64,000 nucleotides of DNA, taken from positions 1,216,001 to 1,280,000 of the forward strand of contig JBJBCN010000002.1 of the NCBI GenBank assembly GCA_047285805.1. Reading direction: 5' to 3'. Of this stretch, positions 53,257 to 64,000 are shown piece by piece. Each line of letters starts with the position of its first letter. Within the stretch, counting starts at the first letter, position 1. Source of the stretch: Synechococcus sp. (GTDB lineage: Bacteria > Cyanobacteriota > Cyanobacteriia > PCC-6307 > Cyanobiaceae). A program made the position numbers and the translations under genes. The notes below the pieces were generated by a model. The model made no database searches, was not told where the DNA came from, and worked only from the letters and a program-made list of their open reading frames with translations.

Positions 53257-53646
53257 ATGGCAGCTTTCGACGACAGCACCCCCTTTATGCTCCTGGCCCG
53301 CATCCAAGTGAAGGAGGGACGTGTTGATGAGTACTTGGAGTTGGCACGCGTCACCGATGCCGCAGTTCAAGCGAGCGAACCCGGAATGCTGCACCACACA
53401 TTCGATCAAGATCCAGATGATCCCAAGGGATTCGTCTGGTCAGAGGTCTATGCGAACGATGCAGCCTTTGCCGCTCATGTCTCAAACCCTCCCGTTCAGG
53501 AGTATCTGCAGAAGCATGCAGAACTTGGCGATGGCTTCAGCGTTGAGGTCTATGGAACTGTCGGCGACGAGTGCAAGGCTCTGATGGAGTCATTCGGACT
53601 ACCGCTACGAATCTTCCGAACGAAGCTGGGTTACAGCAGGGTCTGA
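53257..53646 (+). CDS. ABM-family (putative quinol monooxygenase) protein
   Basis: SEPGMLHHTF, FVWSEVY and AFAAH. Confidence 0.85.
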   Translation: MAAFDDSTPFMLLARIQVKEGRVDEYLELARVTDAAVQASEPGMLHHTFDQDPDDPKGFVWSEVYANDAAFAAHVSNPPVQEYLQKHAELGDGFSVEVYGTVGDECKALMESFGLPLRIFRTKLGYSRV

Positions 53647-53879
53647 TTGAACTGCAAACAGCACCTGGATACTGTGAACTGAGCAAAGCCATAAACATTG
53701 AGGACACGCTCGAGCTTTGCTCGCCATGATCCGAGAGGGAGGAGGTCATTCCGCTCATCCTCCTCAACTCTCCCCGCTACTGAGCAGTGGGGCAGTGGGC
53801 TGTATATCGGCAAAAACGAAGCGTGTAAATCGCTGGTTCGCCATGCGCAATTGTCACCACATTGCCTCGTCAATGTCTT

Positions 53880-54134
53880 CTACTGAGGCAAAGATGTCTT
53901 TGGCTCTCTGTAGCTGCCATTGCAGTGGACGACGATTTCATCAAGCAGGTATTTGGAGTTCTCCTAGATATGAGACTTGAAGCAATGGTTGAAGTACTTA
54001 GCCTCTTCTTCAACAGCGTGCATTCTTTGATTGATCTAGATAACGTTCACCATTCCAATCGCAATATAGATGGTACCAGCCGTTGCCAGCACAGGGTAGA
54101 GGTGGGCGTTGATGAGATCACGTGCGTTGTTCAT
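53880..54134 (-). pseudogene. Small membrane-anchored Cys-pair protein with two internal TAG stops
   Basis: MNNARDLINAHLYPVLAT...VI*INQR...YFNHCFKSHI*ENS...VHCNGS. Confidence 0.55.
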
Positions 54135-54687
54135 AGTTTTTTTTGTAGGCGTAATCTTTTTCTAGCCAGCTTCGGGGGATCGACCCATCTCCGTCTGTCG
54201 GGTATGACGATCAGAGGTGGATCAGCAGAAAACTGCAATAACGGGCTTACCGGCCCCCGCTTGATGGATCGCAAGCCGTAAACAGGTGTTTCTACTGATG
54301 CCAGTTCCTGATGGCCCAACTATTACGGGGTCCGACACCTAGAAGGCCTGCCTTCATTCTGACGGGTTAGGTGCCGAGGGGGCGGTGGGGACACCGCCCT
54401 TCTCGGTGCCAGCTTTCCTGGCGAAGATGGGGAGCAAATGGAATGCAATCCATGCAGTACCAATTCGCTAATCCAAGTTAGCGCCACAAATCCGATGCGC
54501 TCTGTCGTTTCTCGGCCTCAGGGAATGCCAGGCTTCAAGAAGCCACCCGTGAATTGACAGTTGCTGCAGACATGAGTGGCATTCAGGAGAAAGCTGCCTT
54601 TTCGAAATGAATACATGCATCCCACTTCCAGTAATCACTACCATCATCGCCTGCATCTTTGCCATACACCTGCTTGCGAATGAGCAC

Positions 54688-54894
54688 ATGAACCCAATCC
54701 CGCGGAAACTAAAGAAAGCATTATCATGGTCATTAATTGCATTTGTCCTATTAGTAAATACTGGCACTTTTGCTGGATTTTATGTCAGCAAGCTGATTGG
54801 CTGGTGGGAGGATGATTGGCAGACAGTTGCCTTATCTATAATTGCGGGCATAGGTTCATGGTATTTCCTTTTTCTAGCATTTGGACTGCTATAG
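54688..54894 (+). CDS. Small two-TM hypothetical protein
   Basis: MNPIPRKLKK followed by two hydrophobic helices. Confidence 0.5.
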   Translation: MNPIPRKLKKALSWSLIAFVLLVNTGTFAGFYVSKLIGWWEDDWQTVALSIIAGIGSWYFLFLAFGLL

Positions 54895-55709
54895 TCAATG
54901 GCAGGTAAGTCAGGACAGGTTTAAGCAGTATCCAGCTACCTGAGGATCATGTAAGCAGCGCTTCACCCCGCTCTTATCAAGTGACTGAGAAATCACCAGC
55001 GCACGACTTACTTCAGATAGGCGACATCGAACCTGTGGCTAACGGCCGCCCTTCTCAATGGGTTGGGTTGCTTCCACCCAACACTGGTTTCGAATCTCGT
55101 AGACCAGCACAGAGCCGACGCAGTCGCTGTGAGCGCAAACGTCTGTGGCTAGTCATCCCATGGAGGTTTTTCTTGGCTGGTCGCTGGTGGGTCATTTACG
55201 GCTCGCTGCTTTGAGAACCTCAGGCCGAGTGCTAAGTCCCACACACAACGCCAAAGGGGTAACCAAAGACACGTCACCGCTTAAGCCCTGACTCCACTAT
55301 TGACAGGAGACCTTCGAATGGGTTTCAAGGGAGAACCTGAGGCGGGGTGGAACCCGCCTCTTTTTTATGTCTCCCTGGCCACTGATGGTTTGCTTCAGCA
55401 GACGCTGCTGCCAATCCTGCACCAGCTAGTCCAGGCGGGTGAGCACAGCTGGGTTCAATGGAAGCCGCACAGTAACCGGCCAATGCCTAGCTGATGCCGC
55501 CAAACGGATACCCTCTATGAGACAACTGGAGTCCTTGTGAGTACGCGAAGCGGCTACGGAGATTTGGACAGGAGCCTCGCTAGAGCCAAGCGAGACAAAT
55601 GAAGCAGCCTGGTAGTGGATGCAATCGTTATGTGTTCTCAACCCGGGGAAGCAAAGTCCTGTGGTTGCCTTGTTGTGGGTAGATAGCGGAAGTATCAACC
55701 ACAAGCGCA

Positions 55710-56423
55710 TCAGGCAAAACCTCTTCCCACAGCGTTAATCTTCTCTTTTGCATCTAAGAATTCAACTTTATCTGTGGCGGGATCGTAGATTGTGAATTTA
55801 CAGCCGCTGCCAATTCCGATAATCGTTCGTTTTGGCACGCTGTGATCAGATTCATGCTTAGCAGCATGATCAACAACCTGAGAGTGCACTACCCCTCCAG
55901 AAAGTTCAATAGTGAACTGCTTGTGACTCCGCGCTGTAAATAGACGATTGACATCCAAGCGCGTAAGCCGGTCCAGAAGAATCAGAGGTGATGTCTTCTC
56001 AGTAAGCTGATCGCCAACATCGGCGGAGCTTCCATGGATCAAGGCGCAGTCTAGTTCTATAAATCCAAACTGAAGATTTGCCAACCATGAAACATGACTC
56101 TGATCAACAGAGGAAACAAGTCTATGCACAAGATCTTTACCTTTCTGTTGCCTCAGCAGGTCTGCCTTGCGATCACCTCGGTAACCAAGCTCTGCCAAAA
56201 GCTGATCCTCCCACCAGCCATAGATGCAATCAGGTGCGATGTCATTATGTTTTGGGTTTCGAATTCGTTCAAGCAATGCATTGCAGTTTGAACTTGCTCC
56301 GACTAAGTCTCCTAGAATAAAAAGATTAGCAACTCCCCTTTTGTGCTTAAGGTGACGTTGGATCTGCTCATAAGTTTCAAGGTCACCATTAAGACCGCTA
56401 ACGAGTGCCCAGCGCTCCATCAT
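55710..56423 (-). CDS. Degenerate calcineurin-like metallophosphoesterase
   Basis: GDLVG and HGS are kept; SGLNGD, YGWWE and TARSH replace metal ligands. Confidence 0.8.
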   Translation of the reverse strand: MMERWALVSGLNGDLETYEQIQRHLKHKRGVANLFILGDLVGASSNCNALLERIRNPKHNDIAPDCIYGWWEDQLLAELGYRGDRKADLLRQQKGKDLVHRLVSSVDQSHVSWLANLQFGFIELDCALIHGSSADVGDQLTEKTSPLILLDRLTRLDVNRLFTARSHKQFTIELSGGVVHSQVVDHAAKHESDHSVPKRTIIGIGSGCKFTIYDPATDKVEFLDAKEKINAVGRGFA

Positions 56424-57235
56424 CGCTCACACACATGAGAAGCATCGTCGGCACGCTCGGCATACTCAAAGCCATGGCCAAGTCTCCATGCAAATATAGC
56501 GGGCAGGCCGGCTTCTATAATTGCCTTACAAGTCTTCTGGACGTCGTAACCAACCTCTCGAATTGTCACTGATCCAGTTTCTTCATTGTGGATCACGTAC
56601 GTGGCCTTTGTATTGCCATGTCGAGGCTCTCCAACAGAGCCGGCGTTCACTATTCGACGTAGGGGTATCTCCATCTCAGCTGTTAGCGACTCATTGTGCT
56701 CAGGCATCTGGACTTTAACTTGAATACTTCCACCACTTAACTCGCGCACATAGGGTTGATGGGTATGACCACAGAATAGAGTTTCAGCGCAAGCAGTCTC
56801 GACACGTTCAAGCGCTGCAAAAGCACTCATATCAGGCAGAAGATATTCATGCTGACTGTTTGGACTACCATGTACAAAAAGAAGCTTATTGCGACGGAAA
56901 GACATTGGCAAAGCCGCAAGATAGCTCTTGTTATCGTCGGTTAAGACTGCATCTGTCCAACGATGTGCACGATGACCTCGCCTCTCTGCCAGCTGAGATG
57001 GGTAACTGCAGTCACAAGCATTGAGGCCGTCAATAATGTCCTCATCCCAACAACCCTGGCAGGATGGTATTTTTCTCTGTCGAAGTAACTCAATCACTTC
57101 ATTGGGCTGAGGGCCATACCCAACGAGATCCCCGAGGCATGTAATTCTATTAATACCCTGGGAGTCAATGTCCTTGAGAACTGCCTCGAATGCAGCAAGG
57201 TTTGCATGTAGACAGGAAATGACAGCGTGATTCAT
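56420..57235 (-). CDS. Calcineurin-like metallophosphoesterase
   Basis: SCLHAN, GDLVGYGP, GCWD, HGSP, GHTH and NAGSVG. Confidence 0.9.
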   Translation of the reverse strand: MNHAVISCLHANLAAFEAVLKDIDSQGINRITCLGDLVGYGPQPNEVIELLRQRKIPSCQGCWDEDIIDGLNACDCSYPSQLAERRGHRAHRWTDAVLTDDNKSYLAALPMSFRRNKLLFVHGSPNSQHEYLLPDMSAFAALERVETACAETLFCGHTHQPYVRELSGGSIQVKVQMPEHNESLTAEMEIPLRRIVNAGSVGEPRHGNTKATYVIHNEETGSVTIREVGYDVQKTCKAIIEAGLPAIFAWRLGHGFEYAERADDASHVCER

Positions 57236-57248
57236 TGGATTCAGAATA

Positions 57249-58016
57249 CTATGAATGAGATTGTTGCCGTGTCCGCAGTTGTTGCTGTTGTACTTCTAGA
57301 GCATCGTCAGAGATAAGGCAGTCGTTAATCGTTGACTTGATACCTTCTTGATTGAGGTCTCTACCCTGAACCACAAGTTCAGATACGCAACTTGGCCTAC
57401 CATTTGGTGCAGATAACTGATTGAGTGGAAGGAATTGAGAGCCTTGCTGGCTTACCATCCAGTTGAAGTAAAAGGATCTACCGTCGGGCAGATTCATTAA
57501 TGCCTTAGCTCGGTAGACATCACCATATGCACCATTAACTAATTCAAACCAAAAGGCATTGAGACTGTCAGGATCCCAGACTTCACCGCCAAGGTCAAGG
57601 TTCAAGGATTCTAAGACACTGAATTCGAGCGTATCATTCGTTGGTAGTTCCAGGTCTCGTCCGAAATGAAGATAGGCGGTTGGCTTAACATATAGTTTAT
57701 TCAACTGATCCCTTACACCTTCACTAAATGCATCAATGCCTGTTTTCTCGGGTGGACGGAATTCTTGCAGCTCAATTATCAGAAGCTGATTATCCTCTTC
57801 CCTACACGTAAGCAATGAGGATTGAAGGTTGGGCACTTGATCTTGCAGCCAGGCTTGGTCGATCCCAGAGTCATTGCCTTGTTCAAGTTTGAGGCAGCTT
57901 TCTCCAGCAAGGCGCATATAAGCCCTGGAACCTTGGTGTTCCTGGAGAGCCTTCAGTGCCCATGCGGTTTTTCCGCAACCAGGAGGCCCTGAAAGCAATG
58001 TGACCTTAGCCCCCAA
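57249..58016 (-). CDS. CobW/COG0523-like P-loop protein with CobW_C domain
   Basis: GPPGCGKT, GDVYRAKA and SELVVQG. Confidence 0.75.
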   Translation of the reverse strand: MGAKVTLLSGPPGCGKTAWALKALQEHQGSRAYMRLAGESCLKLEQGNDSGIDQAWLQDQVPNLQSSLLTCREEDNQLLIIELQEFRPPEKTGIDAFSEGVRDQLNKLYVKPTAYLHFGRDLELPTNDTLEFSVLESLNLDLGGEVWDPDSLNAFWFELVNGAYGDVYRAKALMNLPDGRSFYFNWMVSQQGSQFLPLNQLSAPNGRPSCVSELVVQGRDLNQEGIKSTINDCLISDDALEVQQQQLRTRQQSHS

Positions 58017-58026
58017 AATCCTTCAC

Positions 58027-58045
58027 AGGAATGGTAATCGTTCCT
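58027..58045 (-). promoter_or_regulatory. Fur/Zur-like operator
   Basis: Inverted repeat AGGAATG-GTAAT-CGTTCCT; core aatggtaatcgtt resembles AATGATAATCATT. It lies between a -10-like CATAAT and the start codon. Confidence 0.6.
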
Positions 58046-58159
58046 ATTATGGCCTAGAGTGATGATGAGCGTCTAGGGCGCAACCGCTGAGTGGCTATGA
58101 ATTTGAACAGTCCATAACGCCAACTCTCGCTAACGTTTAGGCGGTAGGGGTTTTTCGTT

Positions 58160-58429
58160 ATGCCAACTCTGGAAGAATTTACATACATTCTACTAGACCT
58201 TGCTCTAGTGGTTTTCTTGTCTCAGAAGGGATATGAGTTCTTTAGTGCTTACTACAAGCGAAAGCGTTTAGTAAATAATCATCCAGAGATGAAAGGAGTC
58301 GACCCAGACGAGGAAAGTATGTTCGTATTCGAGAGTGACGAAATACTGAAAGACTTCGTCCTCAGCAATGACGAGCCAGGTGCTGATGAGCCATTCTATG
58401 TCTCAGAGGAAGATATTGACAGCCAGTGA
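58160..58429 (+). CDS. Hypothetical protein (N-terminal TM segment, HPEM motif)
   Basis: 89-aa ORF. Confidence 0.65.
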   Translation: MPTLEEFTYILLDLALVVFLSQKGYEFFSAYYKRKRLVNNHPEMKGVDPDEESMFVFESDEILKDFVLSNDEPGADEPFYVSEEDIDSQ

Positions 58430-58656
58430 CCCTCAACAATTCATACAAGAACATGGAAGAGTGGACTGAAGAATTTGTGCAGAATGCACAAACGGAGCTG
58501 ATATCAATGGTCGAAGACTGGAAATATGAATTTGGGGCTGATGACATCGAATGCTCAGCTATGCTTCTATGGATGGTATTACGTCTAGGGGCGAATCTAA
58601 AGTCATCCCAGGAAGTCATCTCAATACTTTGCAGTGAGAAGTTGTCTTCAAGTTGA
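58426..58656 (+). CDS. Conserved picocyanobacterial hypothetical protein
   Basis: MEEWTEEF...DWKYEFGADDIECSAMLLWMVL; GTGA coupling with the upstream gene. Confidence 0.65.
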   Translation: MTLNNSYKNMEEWTEEFVQNAQTELISMVEDWKYEFGADDIECSAMLLWMVLRLGANLKSSQEVISILCSEKLSSS

Positions 58657-58736
58657 AATTCATCTTGCTAGAGGGTATAAGCATGCGCGCAAGGCAATAA
58701 CTAAAGATTAAATCTTTAGGTGGGACTTTCGGCTGA

Positions 58737-60110
<1,374 letters not shown>

Positions 60111-60118
60111 GCAGCCAG

Positions 60119-61012
60119 TTGTCACTTATTCTTCCAAGAGAGTACAACAAGATTAACTCTCTTCAACGAGCTGGTGTCCTTTGGATAGATCCATTCCTTG
60201 CACAGAAGCAAGACATTAGACCGCTTCGGATTGGAATAATTAATATTATGCCCCTTGGGATGCAGTATGAATACAACCTGCTGCACCCACTTGGATTATC
60301 ACCTCTCCAGATTGAGCCCATATGGATTCGCCTGTCTAGCCATGACTACAAGACATGGGATCGAGACCATTTGGACCGTACATATATTTCTTGGGAAGAA
60401 GCGAATTCTAACGACTTCGTAGATGGGCTAGTTATTACTGGTGCGCCAGTCGAGCATCTGGAATTTGAAAAAGTCAAATATTGGGAAGAGCTAGTGATGA
60501 TCATTCATGAAGCTCGTGCCCATTGCGCTAGCACACTTGGTCTTTGCTGGGCTGGTTTTGCATTGGCTTATCTAGCTGGAGTTAATAAGAGACCGTTATC
60601 ACAAAAGCTTTTCGGGGTGTTTCCTCTCAAGTCACTAGCTCCAGATAATCCAGTGATTAGCAGCCAAGATGACATCTTTGTTTGCCCACAAAGCCGGCAT
60701 GCATCACTAGATGATCAGCAGATGGAAAAAGCAGCGCTTCAAGGAAAGTTGAGGCTTCTAGCTCATGGAAAGGGTGTTGGCTACACCATCTTTGAAACAT
60801 CCGACCAAAAGCAGCTTATGCATCTCGGTCATCCAGAATATAATGCAGATAGGATTCTTGCGGAAATGGCGAGGGATCGTGGCCGAGGTGATGTTCCACC
60901 TCCGTTCAACTTTGATGAACACGAGCCTATTACAATCTGGAGATCGCACCGAAACTTGTTTTTTCAGCAATGGCTCTGGCTCTGCTATCAGAGGCTTAGC
61001 TTTAAGAGTTAG
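60119..61012 (+). CDS. metA: Homoserine O-acyltransferase
   Basis: QDIRPL, ITGAPVE, LCWA, PQSRH and GHPEY. Confidence 0.93.
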   Translation: MSLILPREYNKINSLQRAGVLWIDPFLAQKQDIRPLRIGIINIMPLGMQYEYNLLHPLGLSPLQIEPIWIRLSSHDYKTWDRDHLDRTYISWEEANSNDFVDGLVITGAPVEHLEFEKVKYWEELVMIIHEARAHCASTLGLCWAGFALAYLAGVNKRPLSQKLFGVFPLKSLAPDNPVISSQDDIFVCPQSRHASLDDQQMEKAALQGKLRLLAHGKGVGYTIFETSDQKQLMHLGHPEYNADRILAEMARDRGRGDVPPPFNFDEHEPITIWRSHRNLFFQQWLWLCYQRLSFKS

Positions 61013-61568
61013 ATTAATGATATGAATTCATTGGTGGGATGGATCACTTTGACATCTCTTAATCAGAGCACGACAGCTTTCTTCGTCGGGCTCGGTTTCT
61101 CTCTCCCTCTAGGTTATTAAATTCGGAATCTGGGGCAGAACGGCACAGCGGTTCACCCCATGCAGCGCAGTCATTCTCGGGTTCTGCTGAATCCGATTGA
61201 CTTACAACTGAGCGCCATCTCAATGGGCTGTAGAAGCTCTTAAACGGGCCGTTGGTTTACCGTAGAGGTTCACGCAGAAGTGGGGCGTGGGGGCTTCTGG
61301 AGCCCTTGGGGGTACGAAATAGGAGTGCGGAAATTTGGGGCAGTGAACTGAGGGCGAGTGCCACTCCCCCCCCGGTGTTCCTTTCTTTAAGACCCTCAAA
61401 AGCCAAGGCTTCTCATACCAGGTCTTGGGCTACCCATCCCGGACGCCGGGAGTCCCCCGCTTGCAGATGGAGCCAATCGAGTAGAGCGCGGTTCAATTCG
61501 AGTCACTGCGACAAACAGCCCGATGAACACGATCAACACGATGAACCGGATCGCCCTGCCAGTCGCCG

Positions 61569-61784
61569 TCATTGCCCCAATCCTGAAGTCCTGTCATCAC
61601 ACTCTCCGGTTCGAAGCAGCAACAACTGCAATTCACGCTCTTGGATCGCCTGATAGGCGCGGCGCAGCCCATTTACTTCGACGCAGACTCGTTCCGGATC
61701 GCAAACGCGAAACCAGTCGTCGCCAGCGATCTCAACCGTAAAACCAGTCTCTGTCTCGAAAACTGGAGGTAGGTCTTTCTCCAT
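61569..61784 (-). CDS. Hypothetical protein
   Basis: MEKDLPPVFETETGFTVEI...CDPERVC. Confidence 0.5.
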   Translation of the reverse strand: MEKDLPPVFETETGFTVEIAGDDWFRVCDPERVCVEVNGLRRAYQAIQERELQLLLLRTGECDDRTSGLGQ

Positions 61785-62163
61785 CCAATTCAGCAAGCTC
61801 ACTCTGTTGGTAGCTGCCAAGGCAATGGGATTGGTGGGGCTTAAGGATCCCCTCGCCTCATGCTGCCGATACGCGCCTAAGTGGCCTGGGAAAGAGTGAA
61901 GATCGCGCATCCAGCGATGCTTGGCTGGTCCTTACCTCCAGGGTTCCTCTAGTGGATGCGCCACCCCCTTGCACTGCTGGCAGCACCAAGGTCATAACAG
62001 CTGAGGAAACGGCTCCCCGCAGACCCCGTAATCAGAGACAGGGGTTCCACCTACCGCGTAGCCCTCACCTCAACACTCCCCACAGCGAGCTGTGGTCAGG
62101 GGAGCTGTTGATGCTTTTTGGTTGCCGCGTGGCTAATGCAGGAGCATCCCATCTTCCCCACTC

Positions 62164-62340
62164 ATGAAAGCTCTATTACCCCTTCTTCTTCTTACGGGGC
62201 TTATTGCAGCCTGTAGCAGCAATGGACTCACGCCAGAGCGAAAAGCCTGCCTCGAGAAAGCAACCTCAGAAGCTGAGCGGATCGAGTGCAACAAGCAGTC
62301 AGCCATTGATGCTGACAAGGAAGCGGAAGCGTCGAAATAG
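62164..62340 (+). CDS. Small lipoprotein (58 aa, missed by the ORF track)
   Basis: MKALLPLLLLTGLIAA-C lipobox and two further Cys. Confidence 0.7.
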   Translation: MKALLPLLLLTGLIAACSSNGLTPERKACLEKATSEAERIECNKQSAIDADKEAEASK

Positions 62341-63078
62341 TCCTGGCACTCCCCGCTACTGAGCAGTGGGTCGGGGAGCTCTTGTTAAGAGAGCCACGCT
62401 TGCTGTTCTCAGCATTCAATCCGGAGCTTTGTGCACTTTTTGCAGCGGCAGATGTAGTCATCGCCCTTGCTGCCAATCGCCTCCTGGCTTTCTCAAACCC
62501 ACTTCCGTATGAATAGTCAGTGGCATCCAGTTCGCAAGTTCGTCGGCACTCGGTGGTGTGTTGGTGCCATCAGTCATGCCCGAAGAATGCACTCAGGCTG
62601 AGAAGTGCACCATCGGTTACCAAGCCGCCGCGATGTAACCGCTTTTCAGCCACGATCACACTCACTTCCTGCGGAAGTAGCTGCAACTCAGAAGCCGAAA
62701 GGCATATGTGCAGCTGATGATTGGATTAGAGCCGCTGCTGGCATGCACACCTCAACAGGTGCTTGAAGCGCTCCTGCGGCGGTCCGCAGGCCCACACCAG
62801 AAGTTCAGTCGGTGACAAAAAGAACATCACTTCTGAAGCTGCTGCCGGATCATTTGCTCACGACCGCCGGGTCGGACAAGGGAGATAGAAGAGGCGGGCT
62901 GGCACCCGCATTTTCATGTCAGATTGACCGCTGCTTGGTTACATCAGCAGATGCTCCTGCCATTCCTGCTCCAGCTGGTCTTGGTAGGTAGCTCCAGCTA
63001 GCGCCATCGAGGATTTCTCTGTGCGCCAAGGCTGCCACTGGAAGCTGACAAGCAAGTTAGAAATTATGCTTTCTGTTC

Positions 63079-63261
63079 TCACCACTGAGCGTTGACAGGT
63101 TGCCATCCCAGCTGCATAAGAGAATTCCATAATTTGTGGGCATCTTCTGTTGTCATCATCGTGTGCTCTTCTACTAAGGGCAAATCCCAGCCCCGAAGAC
63201 TCGATTTTGCGACCAGGACACCGTCAGGGCCTTGAGAGCTTGCTGTCGTGAATCTGGCCAC
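63079..63261 (-). CDS. DUF1651-like protein (possibly truncated)
   Basis: C-terminal A..LW..L...GW....QW pattern. Confidence 0.55.
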   Translation of the reverse strand: MARFTTASSQGPDGVLVAKSSLRGWDLPLVEEHTMMTTEDAHKLWNSLMQLGWQPVNAQW

Positions 63262-63342
63262 TGCCTGCCCACATGGGCTCTTGAGCCAACTCCTTTTCTG
63301 ACGAGAATCATTAGAAGATAAGAATGAGATGAGATGATCCTC

Positions 63343-63999
63343 TTACTTCTTTGCCGACCATGCATTAAGGACTTCTGGGAAATGATCTTGCATACACTTC
63401 TCGCATATTCCATGGCTAAAGTTTAAAGTAGAATGCCTTCCAAGGTATTGATCCAGGTACTCCCATCCTCCATCCAAGTCTTTAACTTTTCTGCAATATG
63501 CGCACGTCGTAATAATTTCCCCAGCACCCTTATGCTTACAAAAGCTCTCGATGAGCTTGACCGATCTTTTTCTAAGTTCGAGGAAAGCAACGACCTGCCT
63601 GGCAAGCGCTTTCATAATGAAAAGTTGATTCTCGCTGAGAACTCTTGGAACTGTATCAATGATACAAAGCGTCCCTATTCTTATGGAGTCATCAGTGCTC
63701 AATGGAAATCCTGCATAGAGCCTTATCCCTGGCTCACCACAGACCAGCGGGTTATCAGTAAATCGACGATCCTTTACGGCATCCTCGACGATCAACGGCT
63801 CTGAATCTTCTATGGCATGGGCGCAGAAAGACCAATCTCGCGGTGTTTCCTCTACGTCAGTGCCAACCTTGGACTTAAACCACTGTCGCCCAGAGTCGAC
63901 CAGGCTGATCAATGCTATAGGGGCTTCACATACTCTTGCTGCAATTTCGGTTATATCATCATAAGTTTGCTCTGGCTTAGTGCCCAGAATCCTATACTC
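63343..63999 (-). CDS. GAF-domain protein with C-terminal Cys motifs (5' end beyond the window)
   Basis: EYRILGT.PE..YDDIT...ISLVD..RQWFKS, SFCAHAI, IRLYAG, CAYC and HGIC..C. Confidence 0.88.
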   Translation of the reverse strand, partial: EYRILGTKPEQTYDDITEIAARVCEAPIALISLVDSGRQWFKSKVGTDVEETPRDWSFCAHAIEDSEPLIVEDAVKDRRFTDNPLVCGEPGIRLYAGFPLSTDDSIRIGTLCIIDTVPRVLSENQLFIMKALARQVVAFLELRKRSVKLIESFCKHKGAGEIITTCAYCRKVKDLDGGWEYLDQYLGRHSTLNFSHGICEKCMQDHFPEVLNAWSAKK

Positions 64000-64000
64000 T

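Noticed and set aside
61250..61460. G-run-rich tract resembling a packaging or terminus site
   Set aside because: No terminase or other supporting gene is in view, and the resemblance is too weak.

Overview
This window is chromosomal DNA from a GC-rich picocyanobacterium (Synechococcus/Cyanobium-like; lineage inferred from the housekeeping proteins). The conserved backbone carries murE, yidD, rpsD, trpC, lpdA, murA, argD, folC, miaB, ddl, ftsQ, ftsZ, SRP RNA, panB, hemW, clpR/clpP, ilvC, cbiB, glyQ and four tRNAs. Four AT-richer islands interrupt it. (1) 1-~4880: a decayed integrative element with a tyrosine-integrase pseudogene and a ~25-bp-periodic GTATAC array, abutting the 5' end of a class-V aminotransferase gene. 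(2) 8860-11703: a 2.8-kb element inserted in the 3' end of rpsD (22-bp att duplication), with an integrase stub, a hairpin-dense non-coding tract and a pair of Cys-rich small genes behind a LexA-type box. (3) 39609-50072: a ~10.5-kb element integrated at tRNA-Ser(CGA) (13-bp att duplication, intact integrase, two AlpA genes). Its cargo is a type-IV chromatic-acclimation island (fciA-fciB-mpeW-like-unk10) plus a small RHH gene, and a 17-bp motif recurs in the island's upstream regions. (4) ~52490 to beyond the window end: an island upstream of glyQ with a Fur/Zur-boxed CobW-like/dual-phosphoesterase operon, metY-metA and many small or decayed genes. comEC is a pseudogene.
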